Below are positions 11,290 to 22,923 of a stretch of 64,000 bases of DNA, in pieces (within the stretch, counting starts at the first letter, position 1; every line of letters starts with the position of its first letter). The stretch covers positions 32,001 to 96,000 of the forward strand of contig CAXXSM010000142.1 of NCBI GenBank assembly GCA_963663405.2, written 5' to 3'. This DNA is from a bacterium (GTDB lineage: Bacteria > Hinthialibacterota > Hinthialibacteria > Hinthialibacterales > Hinthialibacteraceae). The notes beneath the pieces are model-generated. The model was not told the origin of the DNA, ran no database searches, and saw nothing but the letters and a program-made list of their open reading frames with translations. Both the position numbers and the translations under genes were made by a program.

Positions 11290-11560
11290 AGACAAAAGGA
11301 TTTATCGCCTTGCTATGAAAACGAAATGATACGTTATTTCAAAAAGAGTTTATTTCTGTTTTTTTGTGAATAAAAAAAGTCTCTGAAATCACTGTTGGTG
11401 ATATCAAGCGGTGGATTGCTTGGCGTAAAAACAAACTGGTCGAAAAAATTGGACGATCAGCAATTCAACAATACGTCACGAATATTTCACACTCTCTCAA
11501 TACCTTCAAACAGCCGTTGAATGTAATGCCCTAGTTGAAAATCCATGCACTTCTATTTCA
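11290..11560 (+). pseudogene. Tyrosine integrase core-binding domain relic
   Basis: Broken frames read KVSEITVGDIKRWIAWRKNKL...AVECNALVENPC, resembling the integrase N-terminal domain; no catalytic domain. Confidence 0.45.
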
Positions 11561-11984
11561 TTAAAAAAGTTCTTTCATTATCTCTCTGTCATCCGCCGAC
11601 TTAGTCTCATCCTGAAATCCAACCGGCATTTTCAGTCAATGTTCGATTCTAAAAACGGTGTTATTAATTGTTTCATATAATTTCCTCCAAAAGGTCTTAT
11701 TGATACCTCGATCTGTGCCAAGGTTTATGGAACGACAAGTAATTGGGACTCTAATCTTGCGTGATCAGCGTGGATGAAAATAAGAGTATTCAAGTCAGGT
11801 GTGTTGAGTTTGAAACAGTATTATGAGAATATTGTAGGATCATTTCAATGGAAATTTTCAATGGATGATCTGCAACGCCTCTTTGCAAAGATCCCATCTG
11901 ATACTTTCCAAGATGATTTGGTTGTCTCGTTAAACATAAATACATCATCGAATTAATGATTCAGAATACTTAGGAGGAGAAACA

Positions 11985-13579
11985 ATGATGCGTTTTATCC
12001 TAATCCTAAAACAAGAATATTCCCTTTTCGTCTTTGTTAAGACATTTCTACTGATTGGTTTGAGTCTGCTATGTTATCCAATGTCAAACACGGCTTCGGA
12101 ACTCTCCCCAGCTACGCTGGAATCCACTCGTTTGTATGAATTTGATCAACTTGATCTGGCTTCCAATGGCTGGAGTGAAATCCCGGGGGGATTTACTGAA
12201 TCGAATCCCGGTCAGGTTGTTGCCAATGTTTACCTTTGGCAAGTGATCCCATCTTCGAAAGATCATATCGGAATCATGCTTTCAGTCGATGCGAACGAAG
12301 TGGCATTTATTTATGCGTCAAATGCATTCCAAACCAGTGGAAAACCGGTCTTACTTCGTATGACTGTCCAATCGGATTCTCCCAACGTTGCGATTGCATT
12401 GGCTGTGTTGAAAGGCGATCTGGCGGCAAACACGGGCGTTGACGGATCCATTGCCACTCATATTCCAATGACCGCCGCCAGTTTTGTCGATAAAGACCGT
12501 CGCATCATATTGGTCTATGAACCGGATTCGGGTGAAACCATCACTCCTATAATCCAAGTGTCCGCCCCCGATCAGACAGGGGGCGCGAATGTTGCAATTG
12601 ATCGACTTGAAATCATCCCCATCAATCCGGATGATCTCTATCTAGGACGTGAATTTCAAGCCGTGACCTCATCAGAGGCTCCAGTGACTACACCAACTCA
12701 GTTGTTAAAACCAACAGAGACAGCGACCATTCCTGACATCATTTCGACACCCACACCGACTGTAAAACAGGATCAACCCACTCCAATCTTTTCACCCACA
12801 ACCTACTCCACTTCCAACAATGACGAATCCCATCCCCACATCCATCTCCGGAGACTCAACACAAAACGCCTGCGCCAGGAGATACCACATTCGAAGAGCA
12901 GGAACCCAACGACTTGCTGACTCAACCTCAATTTCTAGCGGTTATGTCGCTCAATCAATCGGTGGAAGTAACCGGATCACTTAGCTCAGGTGGAGTCCAA
13001 AATGAAGATTTTATTGGTGACAAGGATCACTACCGTTTTGAATTGCTCGAAGGCGCAGATGTCAAAGCCATGGTAAACTGGGATAACACGGCGGATGTGG
13101 ATATTATTTCGGCTATGTCAGGCCGGATTCTGGCTTATGATCTAGAAACTCGAAAACCGGCGTTTGTGCAGGGAACCCTAGCTCCAGGATCTTATGAGAT
13201 TCTAGTAGCCTCTAAGAATCAAGGCGCAAATTACACTTTATCCATTCATACATCCCCCCCCACTCAGTTTATCTATCCCAACGATGTATCCATTTTAAAT
13301 CGAGATTACGGACATTTTAATCGGGAATCCATGACAACCACAACGCTCCACACACTCAAATTTGATGGAAAGGGAAATTATGAATCCTGGCGCTCCCTTG
13401 ACTATTACAATCCGGATCTCCCAGGTTATGGCCAACATCAGGACAATCTCGAGCACGCAGGAACATATACGATTCTCTATCCATTATTGATCTTTCATCA
13501 TGACAATATCGAGGAATACTATTTGTTATATTTCGAATCCGAAAATTCATTTTATCTTAATGGCGTTCGATACACCTAA
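11985..13579 (+). pseudogene. Secreted multidomain protein with Pro/Thr linker and PPC-like domain, frameshift near 12800
   Basis: GGAGG RBS; hydrophobic N-terminus; TPTPT linker; EEQEPND..GDKDHYRF..DVDI PPC-like motif in the second frame. Confidence 0.65.
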
Positions 13580-13768
13580 TGGCGAGCGGAATTTTTTTAT
13601 AATCATGAGTTAAAACCCTCAAAGGTACGTTAATTGTTTTTCGGTATTTGGGATCTGACAGGAAAACGCTCATAAGCTGATATACTGTATTCAATCGCTG
13701 CATAACTCAAATGGAAACTAGATGTTAAAATAAGAACCAAGTAATCCAATGATAAAAAGTAACCTCCA

Positions 13769-14435
13769 ATGCGTATATTATTGATTGAAGATTCGGATAA
13801 ATTACAGCGGTCCATATCAACCGGATTGCGAAACGCGGGTTACAAAGTGGACGTAACCGGTGATGGGATAGACGGCTTTTGGCGGGCGGAATCTTATGAT
13901 TTTGATGTCATAATACTGGATCTAATGTTACCAGGAATGGATGGTCTTACGCTGCTCCACCGTCTTCGAAAACAGGGAAAAAACGTTCATGTCTTGATTC
14001 TTTCCGCTAGGGATACGGTGGAGGATCGTGTAAACGGCTTATCGCAGGGAGCGGATGATTATCTGGTTAAGCCGTTTGCTTTCGACGAATTGCTGGCGCG
14101 GATTCAGGCGTTAATTCGCAGGAGATATGGTATAAAGCATTCCATCATTTCTATCGGGGATCTTCAAATTGATCTCGGGAAAAAAGAAATCAACACGTTC
14201 AAATCAACCGATTGACCTGACTCCAAGAGAGTATGCTTTGTTGGAGTTTTTGGTCATGAGACGAGGAACCGTTGTTCATCGCCGTGAAATCGAAGAACAT
14301 ATTTATGACGAGTATGTAGAACCTTCTAGTAATGTCGTTGACGCCGCCGTGTGTTCGTTGCGAAAAAAAATTAATACAACGAATTCACCAATGTTGATCA
14401 AAACGAAACGCGGTCAAGGATATATCATTGAATAA
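13769..14435 (+). pseudogene. OmpR-family response regulator, frameshift near the A-run at about 14180-14200
   Basis: MRILLIED, ILDLMLPGMDG, GADDYLVKPF; winged helix LTPREY..LRKKI..TKRGQGY in the second frame. Confidence 0.92.
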
Positions 14436-14467
14436 TAATAACTTAAAGAACGCCTCGAAAAAAAAGC

Positions 14468-15916
14468 ATGTCGCGGATGATTTTATTTCGATTATTCGTC
14501 ATATCTGTTTTGGTGTTCGGCTTGATGGGGTATTTTCTTTATGATCGAATTGAACATGCTCTTTTATGTTCGTTTGATTCTGAATTGGACGCCTATGAGG
14601 ATTCATTTGTGATGCTTTCCAATATTGATGACTCTGGACGATTCGAACTCGATTTTTCGGACGAAGTAATGAGCGACTTTAGTGGATTGAATCCTCAAAA
14701 TTTTTTTTCTATCATTCGAGTATCTGATGGTGTGGAAATGGAACGTTCTAGGTCTCTTCGGTCGTTAGATCTCCAATTTCCTTTCGAGTTAAACGATATC
14801 AGAATCCACGAACATGTTTTTTGGAATATTCGTTTAGATGGGAAAAATGTTCGGTGTGTAGCATTTCGGGAATTGGTTCTAGTGGAACACGATGAAGATG
14901 GGGAAGAAATGTCGCATTCGATCGAAGAAACAAAGATTCCTTCAATCGATCCCTCTATAAATAATGATTTTGTGTTTATTGTTGGAAAGGATCGGCGGGA
15001 AATTGATATATGGCTACGAGAGATAGCTTTGTTATCGATTCTTTATATCGGGGGAGGCCTTTTTTTTCTTCTTATCATTAGCGGATTTGTATTGACGAAT
15101 GGGTTGAGTCCACTGCGCACGCTTGAGAAAGAAGTGAGGTTGATTTCATCATCCAATTTGATCATGGTATCGATTCCGTCCGTAATTGAACTGGCTCAAA
15201 TTTCCAGCACATTGAACCTTGTGATCTCCAACTTAAAAGATGCATTTGATAGAGAGAGACGTTTTACAGCTGATGTCGCTCATGAACTGAGAACACCCAT
15301 CAGCGAGATTCGGACCGCCGCTGAAGTCGCTCTTCAAAAACCATCAACTCTGAATGCTGATGAACAAAATGCTCTACAAGACATACTCGCTTCAGCAAAA
15401 AAAATGCAGAAAATTGTTCAAACGCTACTCACTTTAGCTCGTTATGACGCCGGACAATTGAAATCTCAGCGGGAATCCATAGCCGTCCGTCCATTCGTTC
15501 TTTCGATTTGGAAGGTTTTTGAAGAAAAAACTGTCTTGCGTCAGATCGACGTTCATTTTGATACTCCAGCAGACTTTTCCATAAACACGGATCGGGACTT
15601 CCTCGAAACAGCGTTAATGAATCTTTTTGAAAATGCCGTTGAATACACGCCTCCTGGCGGGGGAATAGAATGGAAAACGGATCAGAATCATGGAGGATTT
15701 GTTTTTTCAATTTCAAACAGTGTATCGAATCTTACTCCAGGCGACATATCCCATTTATGTGATCGATTCTGGCAAAAAGATCCCGCCCGTTCATCGAACG
15801 AGCTTCACAGCGGCCTCGGTTTATCATTGGTTCGTTCGTTAGCCGATACACTGAATCTAACACTGCAGATCCATCTTGCTGACGAAAACCGCCTGAATAT
15901 ATCCTTGATTTCCTAA
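14468..15916 (+). CDS. Sensor histidine kinase (QseC/CusS-like)
   Basis: Two TM segments, HAMP, H-box ADVAHELRTP, N-box NLFENAVEY, G-box SGLGLS. Confidence 0.92.
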   Translation: MSRMILFRLFVISVLVFGLMGYFLYDRIEHALLCSFDSELDAYEDSFVMLSNIDDSGRFELDFSDEVMSDFSGLNPQNFFSIIRVSDGVEMERSRSLRSLDLQFPFELNDIRIHEHVFWNIRLDGKNVRCVAFRELVLVEHDEDGEEMSHSIEETKIPSIDPSINNDFVFIVGKDRREIDIWLREIALLSILYIGGGLFFLLIISGFVLTNGLSPLRTLEKEVRLISSSNLIMVSIPSVIELAQISSTLNLVISNLKDAFDRERRFTADVAHELRTPISEIRTAAEVALQKPSTLNADEQNALQDILASAKKMQKIVQTLLTLARYDAGQLKSQRESIAVRPFVLSIWKVFEEKTVLRQIDVHFDTPADFSINTDRDFLETALMNLFENAVEYTPPGGGIEWKTDQNHGGFVFSISNSVSNLTPGDISHLCDRFWQKDPARSSNELHSGLGLSLVRSLADTLNLTLQIHLADENRLNISLIS

Positions 15917-15928
15917 TAATTTTTCCCA

Positions 15929-15964
15929 TCCGTAATCTTCCCGTAATGTTTCCTATGCTATCTT
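15929..15964 (+). promoter_or_regulatory. Putative OmpR-type direct-repeat operator plus extended -10 for the PepSY gene
   Basis: CCGTAAT at 15930 and 15941 (11-bp period), followed by TGcTATCTT. Confidence 0.55.
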
Positions 15965-16031
15965 CTTGTTTGTTTGATTTTCATATATCGCCCTCATAAA
16001 GAGAAAATGGTGCGAAAAAGGAGAAAAAGAG

Positions 16032-16811
16032 ATGGACGGATTAAAATGTTTCAAAAAGATTGGGTTGATTGTACTGTGCCTGGGCGTTGCGGCATCGTTT
16101 GTTTGCGCCGATGGGGATGATGATTCGCAGGAACTGAAGATTTCCCTCTCTCAGGCTCCCGAATTGGTTCGCGCAACCATCAAAAAACATGCCGAAGGCA
16201 AGGAAATTGAAGTCATCGAAGTGGAAGTGGAAGATGGCAAACTGGTTTACAACGTAGAAATAGAAAATAAGGGAGAGAAAACCGAATTCAAGGTATCTTC
16301 GGATGGACGTTTTCTTGGATTTGACGAGGAGAACGGCAGCGAGAATGACGGGGAGAAAGATCATGAAATTCAAATTGATATCGAACGGCTTCCTTCTTCT
16401 GTAAAAGAGGCGGCGAAAAATTATTTTGTAGACGGCGCTGAAACCAAGGCCGTCGAAGAGAAAGAAGACGGCGTCCTTTATTATGAAATTGAAATGGAAA
16501 AAGGTGAATTGTCGAAAAGCGTGAAGTTTACGAAAGAAGGCGCGCTCGTTGAGGTCGAAGGAGAACTGGAAATCTCCGATCTTCCCGAAGCGGTTCGCTT
16601 AACCATTGAAAAGAAATTTTCAAATTCCGAAATAGAAGAGATTGTCAGTGTGCAAGCATTCTTTTACGAGATTGTCGTTTCAAAAGACGGAAAAGAAATT
16701 GAAATCCCAATTTCTCCAGCCGGTATTCTCATGAAGTCTCAATGTAAAGAACATCAAGTCGACAAAAAAAAGAAAGAGGACGAGGACGAGGATGATGATA
16801 ACGAAAACTAA
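16032..16811 (+). CDS. Secreted acidic PepSY-like repeat protein
   Basis: Signal peptide; three repeats of (L/A)P..V..TI...YE(V/I)E...E..VS.DG. Confidence 0.8.
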   Translation: MDGLKCFKKIGLIVLCLGVAASFVCADGDDDSQELKISLSQAPELVRATIKKHAEGKEIEVIEVEVEDGKLVYNVEIENKGEKTEFKVSSDGRFLGFDEENGSENDGEKDHEIQIDIERLPSSVKEAAKNYFVDGAETKAVEEKEDGVLYYEIEMEKGELSKSVKFTKEGALVEVEGELEISDLPEAVRLTIEKKFSNSEIEEIVSVQAFFYEIVVSKDGKEIEIPISPAGILMKSQCKEHQVDKKKKEDEDEDDDNEN

Positions 16812-16942
16812 CGGTCTTAATGATATCCTTATCAAATCACGCTTTATAGATTTGAGTTAACATTCTGCGATTTTTCTTTACTGAGATGGAAATGGGAGAA
16901 AGAAAATTTGGATTGTGTCGGTCGTAATATCTAAGAATTACA

Positions 16943-18589
16943 ATGCAACAGCTTAAGAGGTCGATTGGATTGATGAAAAATTGGAATCTGTTAGGCCCAG
17001 AAAGAGTGCCCTCCTATTTGTTAATCCTCCTTTTTTGTTTTATCCTTTTGGCTCGTTTTTACTTGATCATGTCTTTTCCATTATTTCATCCATCGGAAGG
17101 ACGTTATGCTGAAATTTCAAGAAACATGGTTACGGAGAGTGATTGGATTACTCCTCAAATTGAAGTGGGTGTTCCTTTCTGGGGAAAACCACCTCTATTA
17201 TTTTGGTTCAATGCGGTGAGTCTCTATTTATTTGGCGTATCAAAATTCAGTGTGAGAGCGCCATCTTTTATTATATGTTTCATGACCGCCTTTTTGGTTT
17301 ATAAACTTGGTGTAAATTTAAGGAATCGGATCTTTGGTATTTATTGCGCTCTAATTCTTTCCTCGACCTTACTTTTTTTTCTAATGGCTGGCGCCGTATT
17401 AACCGATCCATTTTTGATGTTTTCAATCACGTTATCGCTTATTTCTTTTTATATTGCCATTCAGTCAAAAACAAATGATCTGTGTCAAGCATGGGCTTAT
17501 TGTTTTTTTGCTGGCATTGGATTGAGTGTGCTATCGAAAGGTTTAATCGGTCTTGTATTGATTATTTTTCCTGTCTTTATTAGTCTTTTATTTTCTTCTC
17601 AGTGGAGAAAAATCGCAAATACCTTTCCTCATATTACAGGTATGTTATTGACTCTTCTTATTGTCATTCCATGGCATCTCTTAGCAGAATACAAAACTCC
17701 TGGATTCCTGAATTACTATATAATTGGTGAACATCTTAAGCGATTTATGATTTCGGGATGGCGTGGGGATCTTTATGGTTCCACGCACAACCATATGAGA
17801 GGGATGATCGTATTATTTACTCTACTTGATACTTTGCCGTGGAACATTCCATTGCTGGCCGCTTTGTTTTGGCTTGTAAAGAGAAGATGGAAATTATCGT
17901 CTGTTTTTGCCGATATCCGAATTTTGTATCTTCTTACATGGTTTATCACTCCAATTATATTTTTTTGTTTTGCTAATAACATTGTGTTTACATATGCCCT
18001 TCCTTCCTTGCCGCCCTTTGCAATCTTAACGGTTTTAACGTTTCAGAAGGTTTTATCAAAAATGGGAATGGAGTCACAACCGTTTCGCCTTAGAAATTCA
18101 CATGAAAAAGCCACGTTTTTCTTGAGTGTAAGAGCATTAATTATTTGTGTCTTATTTGTCCCTCTTGTCACATTAATTGCGAGCCATTTGGGTAAACCGT
18201 TTATGAAAAACCATTATGAGCAAGAGCAGATCATGGCTCATGTCAATCATTTGATTCCTAATGCGTCAAACCCTAAAGTATTTTTTATTGGCAACAAGGG
18301 ATACACAATGTCTTTTTATTCCCATAATCAAATGAAGATTGTTACAAAACCAACAACTGAGTGGTTATCAACAAAGATGAACGATGACAATATTGACTAT
18401 TATATTTTGGATGCAAATGAGAATAAATTAATAAATGGTGAATTCCTGAACAGTACAAGAGAAGTCATGGCATTTGATCGTTACGATTTAAGAAAAGATC
18501 TTCATGACAATGTACAAAAAAATAATTCTCAATATAGAAAATATGCAAAGTTAAATCAAAAAGATGTTTATAATATGATTCAAAAGTAA
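16943..18589 (+). CDS. ArnT/PMT-family (GT-C) membrane glycosyltransferase
   Basis: SEGRYAEISRNM..DWITP..PFWGKPPL, LSKG, many TM helices. Confidence 0.88.
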   Translation: MQQLKRSIGLMKNWNLLGPERVPSYLLILLFCFILLARFYLIMSFPLFHPSEGRYAEISRNMVTESDWITPQIEVGVPFWGKPPLLFWFNAVSLYLFGVSKFSVRAPSFIICFMTAFLVYKLGVNLRNRIFGIYCALILSSTLLFFLMAGAVLTDPFLMFSITLSLISFYIAIQSKTNDLCQAWAYCFFAGIGLSVLSKGLIGLVLIIFPVFISLLFSSQWRKIANTFPHITGMLLTLLIVIPWHLLAEYKTPGFLNYYIIGEHLKRFMISGWRGDLYGSTHNHMRGMIVLFTLLDTLPWNIPLLAALFWLVKRRWKLSSVFADIRILYLLTWFITPIIFFCFANNIVFTYALPSLPPFAILTVLTFQKVLSKMGMESQPFRLRNSHEKATFFLSVRALIICVLFVPLVTLIASHLGKPFMKNHYEQEQIMAHVNHLIPNASNPKVFFIGNKGYTMSFYSHNQMKIVTKPTTEWLSTKMNDDNIDYYILDANENKLINGEFLNSTREVMAFDRYDLRKDLHDNVQKNNSQYRKYAKLNQKDVYNMIQK

Positions 18590-18647
18590 ATGACGTGACT
18601 TAACAAAACGATCGTAAAGAAAACACAGGGTAAAGGAGTCACTAACC

Positions 18648-19352
18648 ATGCGCTATATAAAATTGGTTTTTATAATAGTTTGTTTTTCGATTTTTGTTTC
18701 GCTTACTACAGTCATTGCCTTCGAAAAATACAATGAGAACAATTCATTCACGACTGAGTTTGGCATTGATAAAGAGGAACTATCTTCCATAGGACGAAAT
18801 CCCTATTTTATCCTAGAACCTGGATATCAATTGATTTTTGAAGGCGGTAATGAACGTCTAGTGATCACGATTTTGAAAGAGACCAAAATGATTGATGGCA
18901 TAGAAACAAGAGTTCTGGAAGAGCGGGAATCCAAGAACGGGCAATTGGTAGAGGTATCTCGTAATTTCTTCGCCATCAGCAAACGGAACAACAGCGTCTT
19001 TTATTTTGGTGAAGAAGTGGAAATTTATAAGAACGGCAAGATCGTCGATCATGAGGGCGCTTGGCTGTCGGGTGAAAAGGGAGCCAAATTTGGATTGATA
19101 ATGCCCGGTCAGGTATTACTAGGCGCAAGACACTATCAGGAAATCGCGCCCGGCGCCGCGATGGATCGCGCCGAAATTGTTGGCTTGAACGAAACCGTTC
19201 AAACCCCCGCCGGGGAATTTAAAAACTGTCTCAAAGTCGAGGAAACTACTCCATTGGAGCCCGGTGAAAAAGAATACAAATACTACGCTCCTGGAATTGG
19301 ACTGATCCAGGATGGCTCGTTAAAACTTGTGAAATATGGGAACAAGAATTGA
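18648..19352 (+). CDS. Conserved secreted hypothetical protein
   Basis: AAGGAG RBS, signal peptide; NPYF.L.PG, VFYFGE, TPAGEF..CLKVEETTPLEPG..EYKYYAPGIG. Confidence 0.75.
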   Translation: MRYIKLVFIIVCFSIFVSLTTVIAFEKYNENNSFTTEFGIDKEELSSIGRNPYFILEPGYQLIFEGGNERLVITILKETKMIDGIETRVLEERESKNGQLVEVSRNFFAISKRNNSVFYFGEEVEIYKNGKIVDHEGAWLSGEKGAKFGLIMPGQVLLGARHYQEIAPGAAMDRAEIVGLNETVQTPAGEFKNCLKVEETTPLEPGEKEYKYYAPGIGLIQDGSLKLVKYGNKN

Positions 19353-19499
19353 GTAATGAATAGGCAGCCATAAAATTTTTCTCGCGATGTTGATACTGTT
19401 CTTCAATTTACATGGAAAATGTGAGATTGTATCCAAGAGATAAGATTGGTATTCTCGTTTGGATATCGATGATTGTGTTGAAATGATAGAAAAGGGAAA

Positions 19500-20603
19500 A
19501 TGGCGAAAATGTTTCTTCTAACGAAAATCCCATTTCTTCAGATCATTTTGTTCCTAGTCTTCATCCTTCTTTCCGGATGCGCACAGTTCGACAGAAAGCA
19601 GTATGAAGCTGTTGTTATTCAGGGGATTAAGGATGGGGCCGGTTATTCGTTTCAAATAAATTCGTCTCCTGGAGAGATTGTTATCCCAGACGGTTTGGTT
19701 TTAGACGATGGGATTTCGGAAGATGAAGCCATCCAACTCGCGCTGATTAATAACGCGGCTTTCAATGAAACCTTAAGCGATTTAGGCGTTGCTCAGGCGG
19801 ACTACATCAAAGCAGGCTTATTGCCCAACCCAGTGTTATCTTTATTATTTCCAGTCGATGACCGTCATTACGAATCTTCTCTTACAATGGCGGTAGATGC
19901 GCTCTGGCTGCGTCCGCGACGGCTGTCCATCGCGGAAATCCAATCCAAACGGATCGGTCAACGTCTGGTTCAAAACGGATTGGATTTGGTGCGTGATGTC
20001 CGTACGGCGTTTGCCGAACTCGGACAATCAAACGATTTATCTCGAATCGGCCTTGAGTCGGCTGAGTTGCAGGAACGCATTGCCCTGCTATCAGAAAAGC
20101 GATTGGAAGCGGGTGATATCAGCGAATTGGAAACATTGATGGCGCGGATTGAAGCGAAGAGTTCCCGCGCCAATGCGGTTGTATTACAGCACAACGTTGA
20201 ACAGGCTTATCAAAAACTGGTCACTTTGGTTGGGTTGAGTATGCTGGAAAAAAATATCTCTTTTAATGAACCATCTGATCGGAATTTGATGCGGCATGAT
20301 AGCCAATCACTCTTGGAAGAAGCATTGGTTCAACGCCCGGATTATCGCGCCGCCAAACTCGCCATAGAAGCCGCCGGTGAAAAAACTGGACTCGCTCGTA
20401 TGGATGTTTTAAAAATCAGCGCACAGGTCGATGGAGATGAAATATCGAACCGTTTTCAACTTGGCCCTGGATTCAAACTAGAAATCCCTCTATTCAATCG
20501 CAATCAAGATCAAATTGCTCTTGCGAAAGCCGAATTTGAAAAGAGTGTTTGGCAAACTGTTTCAATTCGCGACCAAATACCGGCTGCGCTGTTCCTTATT
20601 TAG
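19500..20603 (+). pseudogene. TolC/CzcC-family outer-membrane efflux lipoprotein, C-terminally truncated
   Basis: Lipobox LSGC; AGLLPNP, IPLFNRNQ; homology ends abruptly near 20578. Confidence 0.82.
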
Positions 20604-21054
20604 GAGAGGAATTCTTCCCAAAGTTCCAAGAAAGAGATTTCTTGATGCATTGGGTTGAAAAACCAGGGACATCGCTCGAAGCGATGAATCGCTTGACGAT
20701 TCGGGTAAGCAAGGAACTTCGTTCTATCCCCGGCGTTAGAAATTTTGGATCTCACATTGGCCGGGCTGAAGTCGCGGATGAAGTAGTTGGACCTAATTTC
20801 ACTGAATTATGGATTAGTATTGCGCCCGAGGCGGATTACAAGTCTACACTCGCTAAAATCGAAGAAGTCGTTTATGGCTATCCTGGGCTTTACCGGGATG
20901 TGCTCACTTATTTAAGCGAACGAATAAAAGAAGTGCTAACGGGAGCGAGCGCCAGTATTGTAGTTCGTATCTATGGGCCGGATTTAGGCGTTTTACGTCA
21001 AACCGCTGAAGGTGTTGCGGATGTCATCGCGGATGTCGAAGGTATAAAAGATTT
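20579..21054 (+). pseudogene. Internal fragment of a CzcA/CusA-family RND permease
   Basis: [43 protein letters not shown]; about 160 aa of a ~1000-aa protein. Confidence 0.88.
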
Positions 21055-21283
21055 ATTTAATTATCAATTTAAGGGATGCTCAAGGGGAGTTAAAATTTGA
21101 TTTCTCCAAGTTTGACCGTTGGGCGGATATCTTTTGGAACACAGGAAAAATGGACTTGTTGGAAACTGGATTTGTCGCCACATTCGGGGAAGGACGCTGG
21201 TTTAGCACTGAAATCAAGTTACGCAACTTTTCCGTGCGTGATGAATCAAGTGGAAAAATGGAAACACTGAAGGGAAAAGATTT

Positions 21284-22923
21284 GGGTGTAACTCGCGCTC
21301 CGCGCTATGCAGCCTGTTCCCAAATTTCATTGATCATCTCTCGATATGGATATAACTTATGAACGTTTTCTTGAATACGATGGTCTTGGAAAGCCTCCCA
21401 ATCGTCATTGAGAAAGACGGCTCGCAAGTCCAACATGGCTTGAGCGCCTTCGGTCCGCCAACGCATTCCCGTTCCTTCCATTCGATCCTTGACTAAGTGA
21501 CGGCAAGCCCCTTCGACCACCCCACTCCCGATGGGATAGCCAAACGCTAAATAATAATCATAACGCATATACTCTCGGTTATTTTCCAAATACGTAATCA
21601 CGCGCTCCAGCTGTCTCTTTTTCGCCCCCCGCAGACCTCGCTTGGTTCCCATTTGTCTCAAGCCACCAATCACTCGGCCCACTTGCCCTTCGAGTAAACG
21701 AGTCAGACGGAGTTTCACGAATGTTTCCGCTTCTTCACTCCCTTCCGGAACGAAACAATAGGCGGCGCTCCACAGGCGTTCCATGACGTGATAAATATCG
21801 ATGATGCAGACGGTATCGACTTCATAGGCTTCGGCTTTTTTCCACAACGCCCGTTCCCCGTCCATCAAACAAACGACCGCTTTATTTCCAGCTGCATTCC
21901 GGATGTTCAGTTCCTCCGCAAACCATTGGAAGATTCGATCTTTTCCGTTGCTCTCTTCGCCTTCCATCTCTCTTGTCAGTTCCGCCCGCATCTGTTTGTG
22001 GCGCGGAACGGGGCGGTTTGCGCTCTGCTCCTTCCGGAAGATTTCATTCACCACGTCCTCCGCCTGACGAGGAAACGGATCGATTGTATACACTGCGCCT
22101 ACACACGCTTGACGCTTTTTATTCGCCTTTTCTCCTCGTTTCCGTCTCCCCGGCTCAACCGTCTCTTCCCGCCGCATCGGTACTCCCTTCCCATCCGCCG
22201 TGAGAACTAGAATCGAGCCCTCTTCTTCCGCGGCGGGTGTGGGCTGCGCCCAGCGAAACGCTTCCACCTCTTGCGCCATGGCGCCGTTCATATATTCCAG
22301 ACTGCGAACCGACTGGCCAATCCCCAATATCCGTTCCAAGGTTTGACTGGATTGCTGATAAGAGTTTTGCACACAAAACGCCTGCGACCATTCTTGGAGT
22401 AAAAAGGAAAAATCACTTTCGGGTAAATTCAGCCGGGCGTCCAACGGAACCACCTCATGTTTTTGGCTCTCGCGAGTTCCATAGACCGTTCGGTTAATCA
22501 TGATTTCACCAAAGACGGATACATACCGCTTTTCGTATTGCGTGTCCAAGCGGCGTAAGGTTTTCCCGTCCGGCTCAATGGTAGGACCGAGGTCGCCCGT
22601 TCCTTGCCGGTCGATCGTCTCTTCCAGCATGATTCGGCCAAGATTCATAAGACCGCTCCATAGCTCTTTCTCGATTTGATCGATTGGGATTCCGTTTTCG
22701 GCTGCTTCTTTCACCTCATTCCACAACGCGGCAAACTGATCTTTCGACTTGAAAATTTCTCGTTCTTGTTCCATCATCAACCTGGGGCCTCATTTCAGTC
22801 AGGATATACATTGTTTTCATGGACTAATGTTATACCTGTTGAGGCCCTTTTTAACAAGTCATAAATTACACTAACTATAATATAATCAATACTTTATGAA
22901 ATCGAGCTCCGCGGGTTACACCC
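21284..22923 (-). mobile_element. ISKra4-like (IS256/p-MULT superfamily) insertion sequence, 1640 bp
   Basis: TIRs GGGTGTAAC(T/C)CGCG; 9-bp TSD AAAAGATTT at 21275-21283 and 22924-22932. Confidence 0.92.
21305..22780 (-). CDS. ISKra4-family DDE transposase
   Basis: ADGKGVP, LMDGE, DIYHV, YPIGSGVVEGACRHLVKDRME..GMRW. Confidence 0.9.
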   Translation of the reverse strand: MMMEQEREIFKSKDQFAALWNEVKEAAENGIPIDQIEKELWSGLMNLGRIMLEETIDRQGTGDLGPTIEPDGKTLRRLDTQYEKRYVSVFGEIMINRTVYGTRESQKHEVVPLDARLNLPESDFSFLLQEWSQAFCVQNSYQQSSQTLERILGIGQSVRSLEYMNGAMAQEVEAFRWAQPTPAAEEEGSILVLTADGKGVPMRREETVEPGRRKRGEKANKKRQACVGAVYTIDPFPRQAEDVVNEIFRKEQSANRPVPRHKQMRAELTREMEGEESNGKDRIFQWFAEELNIRNAAGNKAVVCLMDGERALWKKAEAYEVDTVCIIDIYHVMERLWSAAYCFVPEGSEEAETFVKLRLTRLLEGQVGRVIGGLRQMGTKRGLRGAKKRQLERVITYLENNREYMRYDYYLAFGYPIGSGVVEGACRHLVKDRMEGTGMRWRTEGAQAMLDLRAVFLNDDWEAFQDHRIQENVHKLYPYREMINEIWEQAA

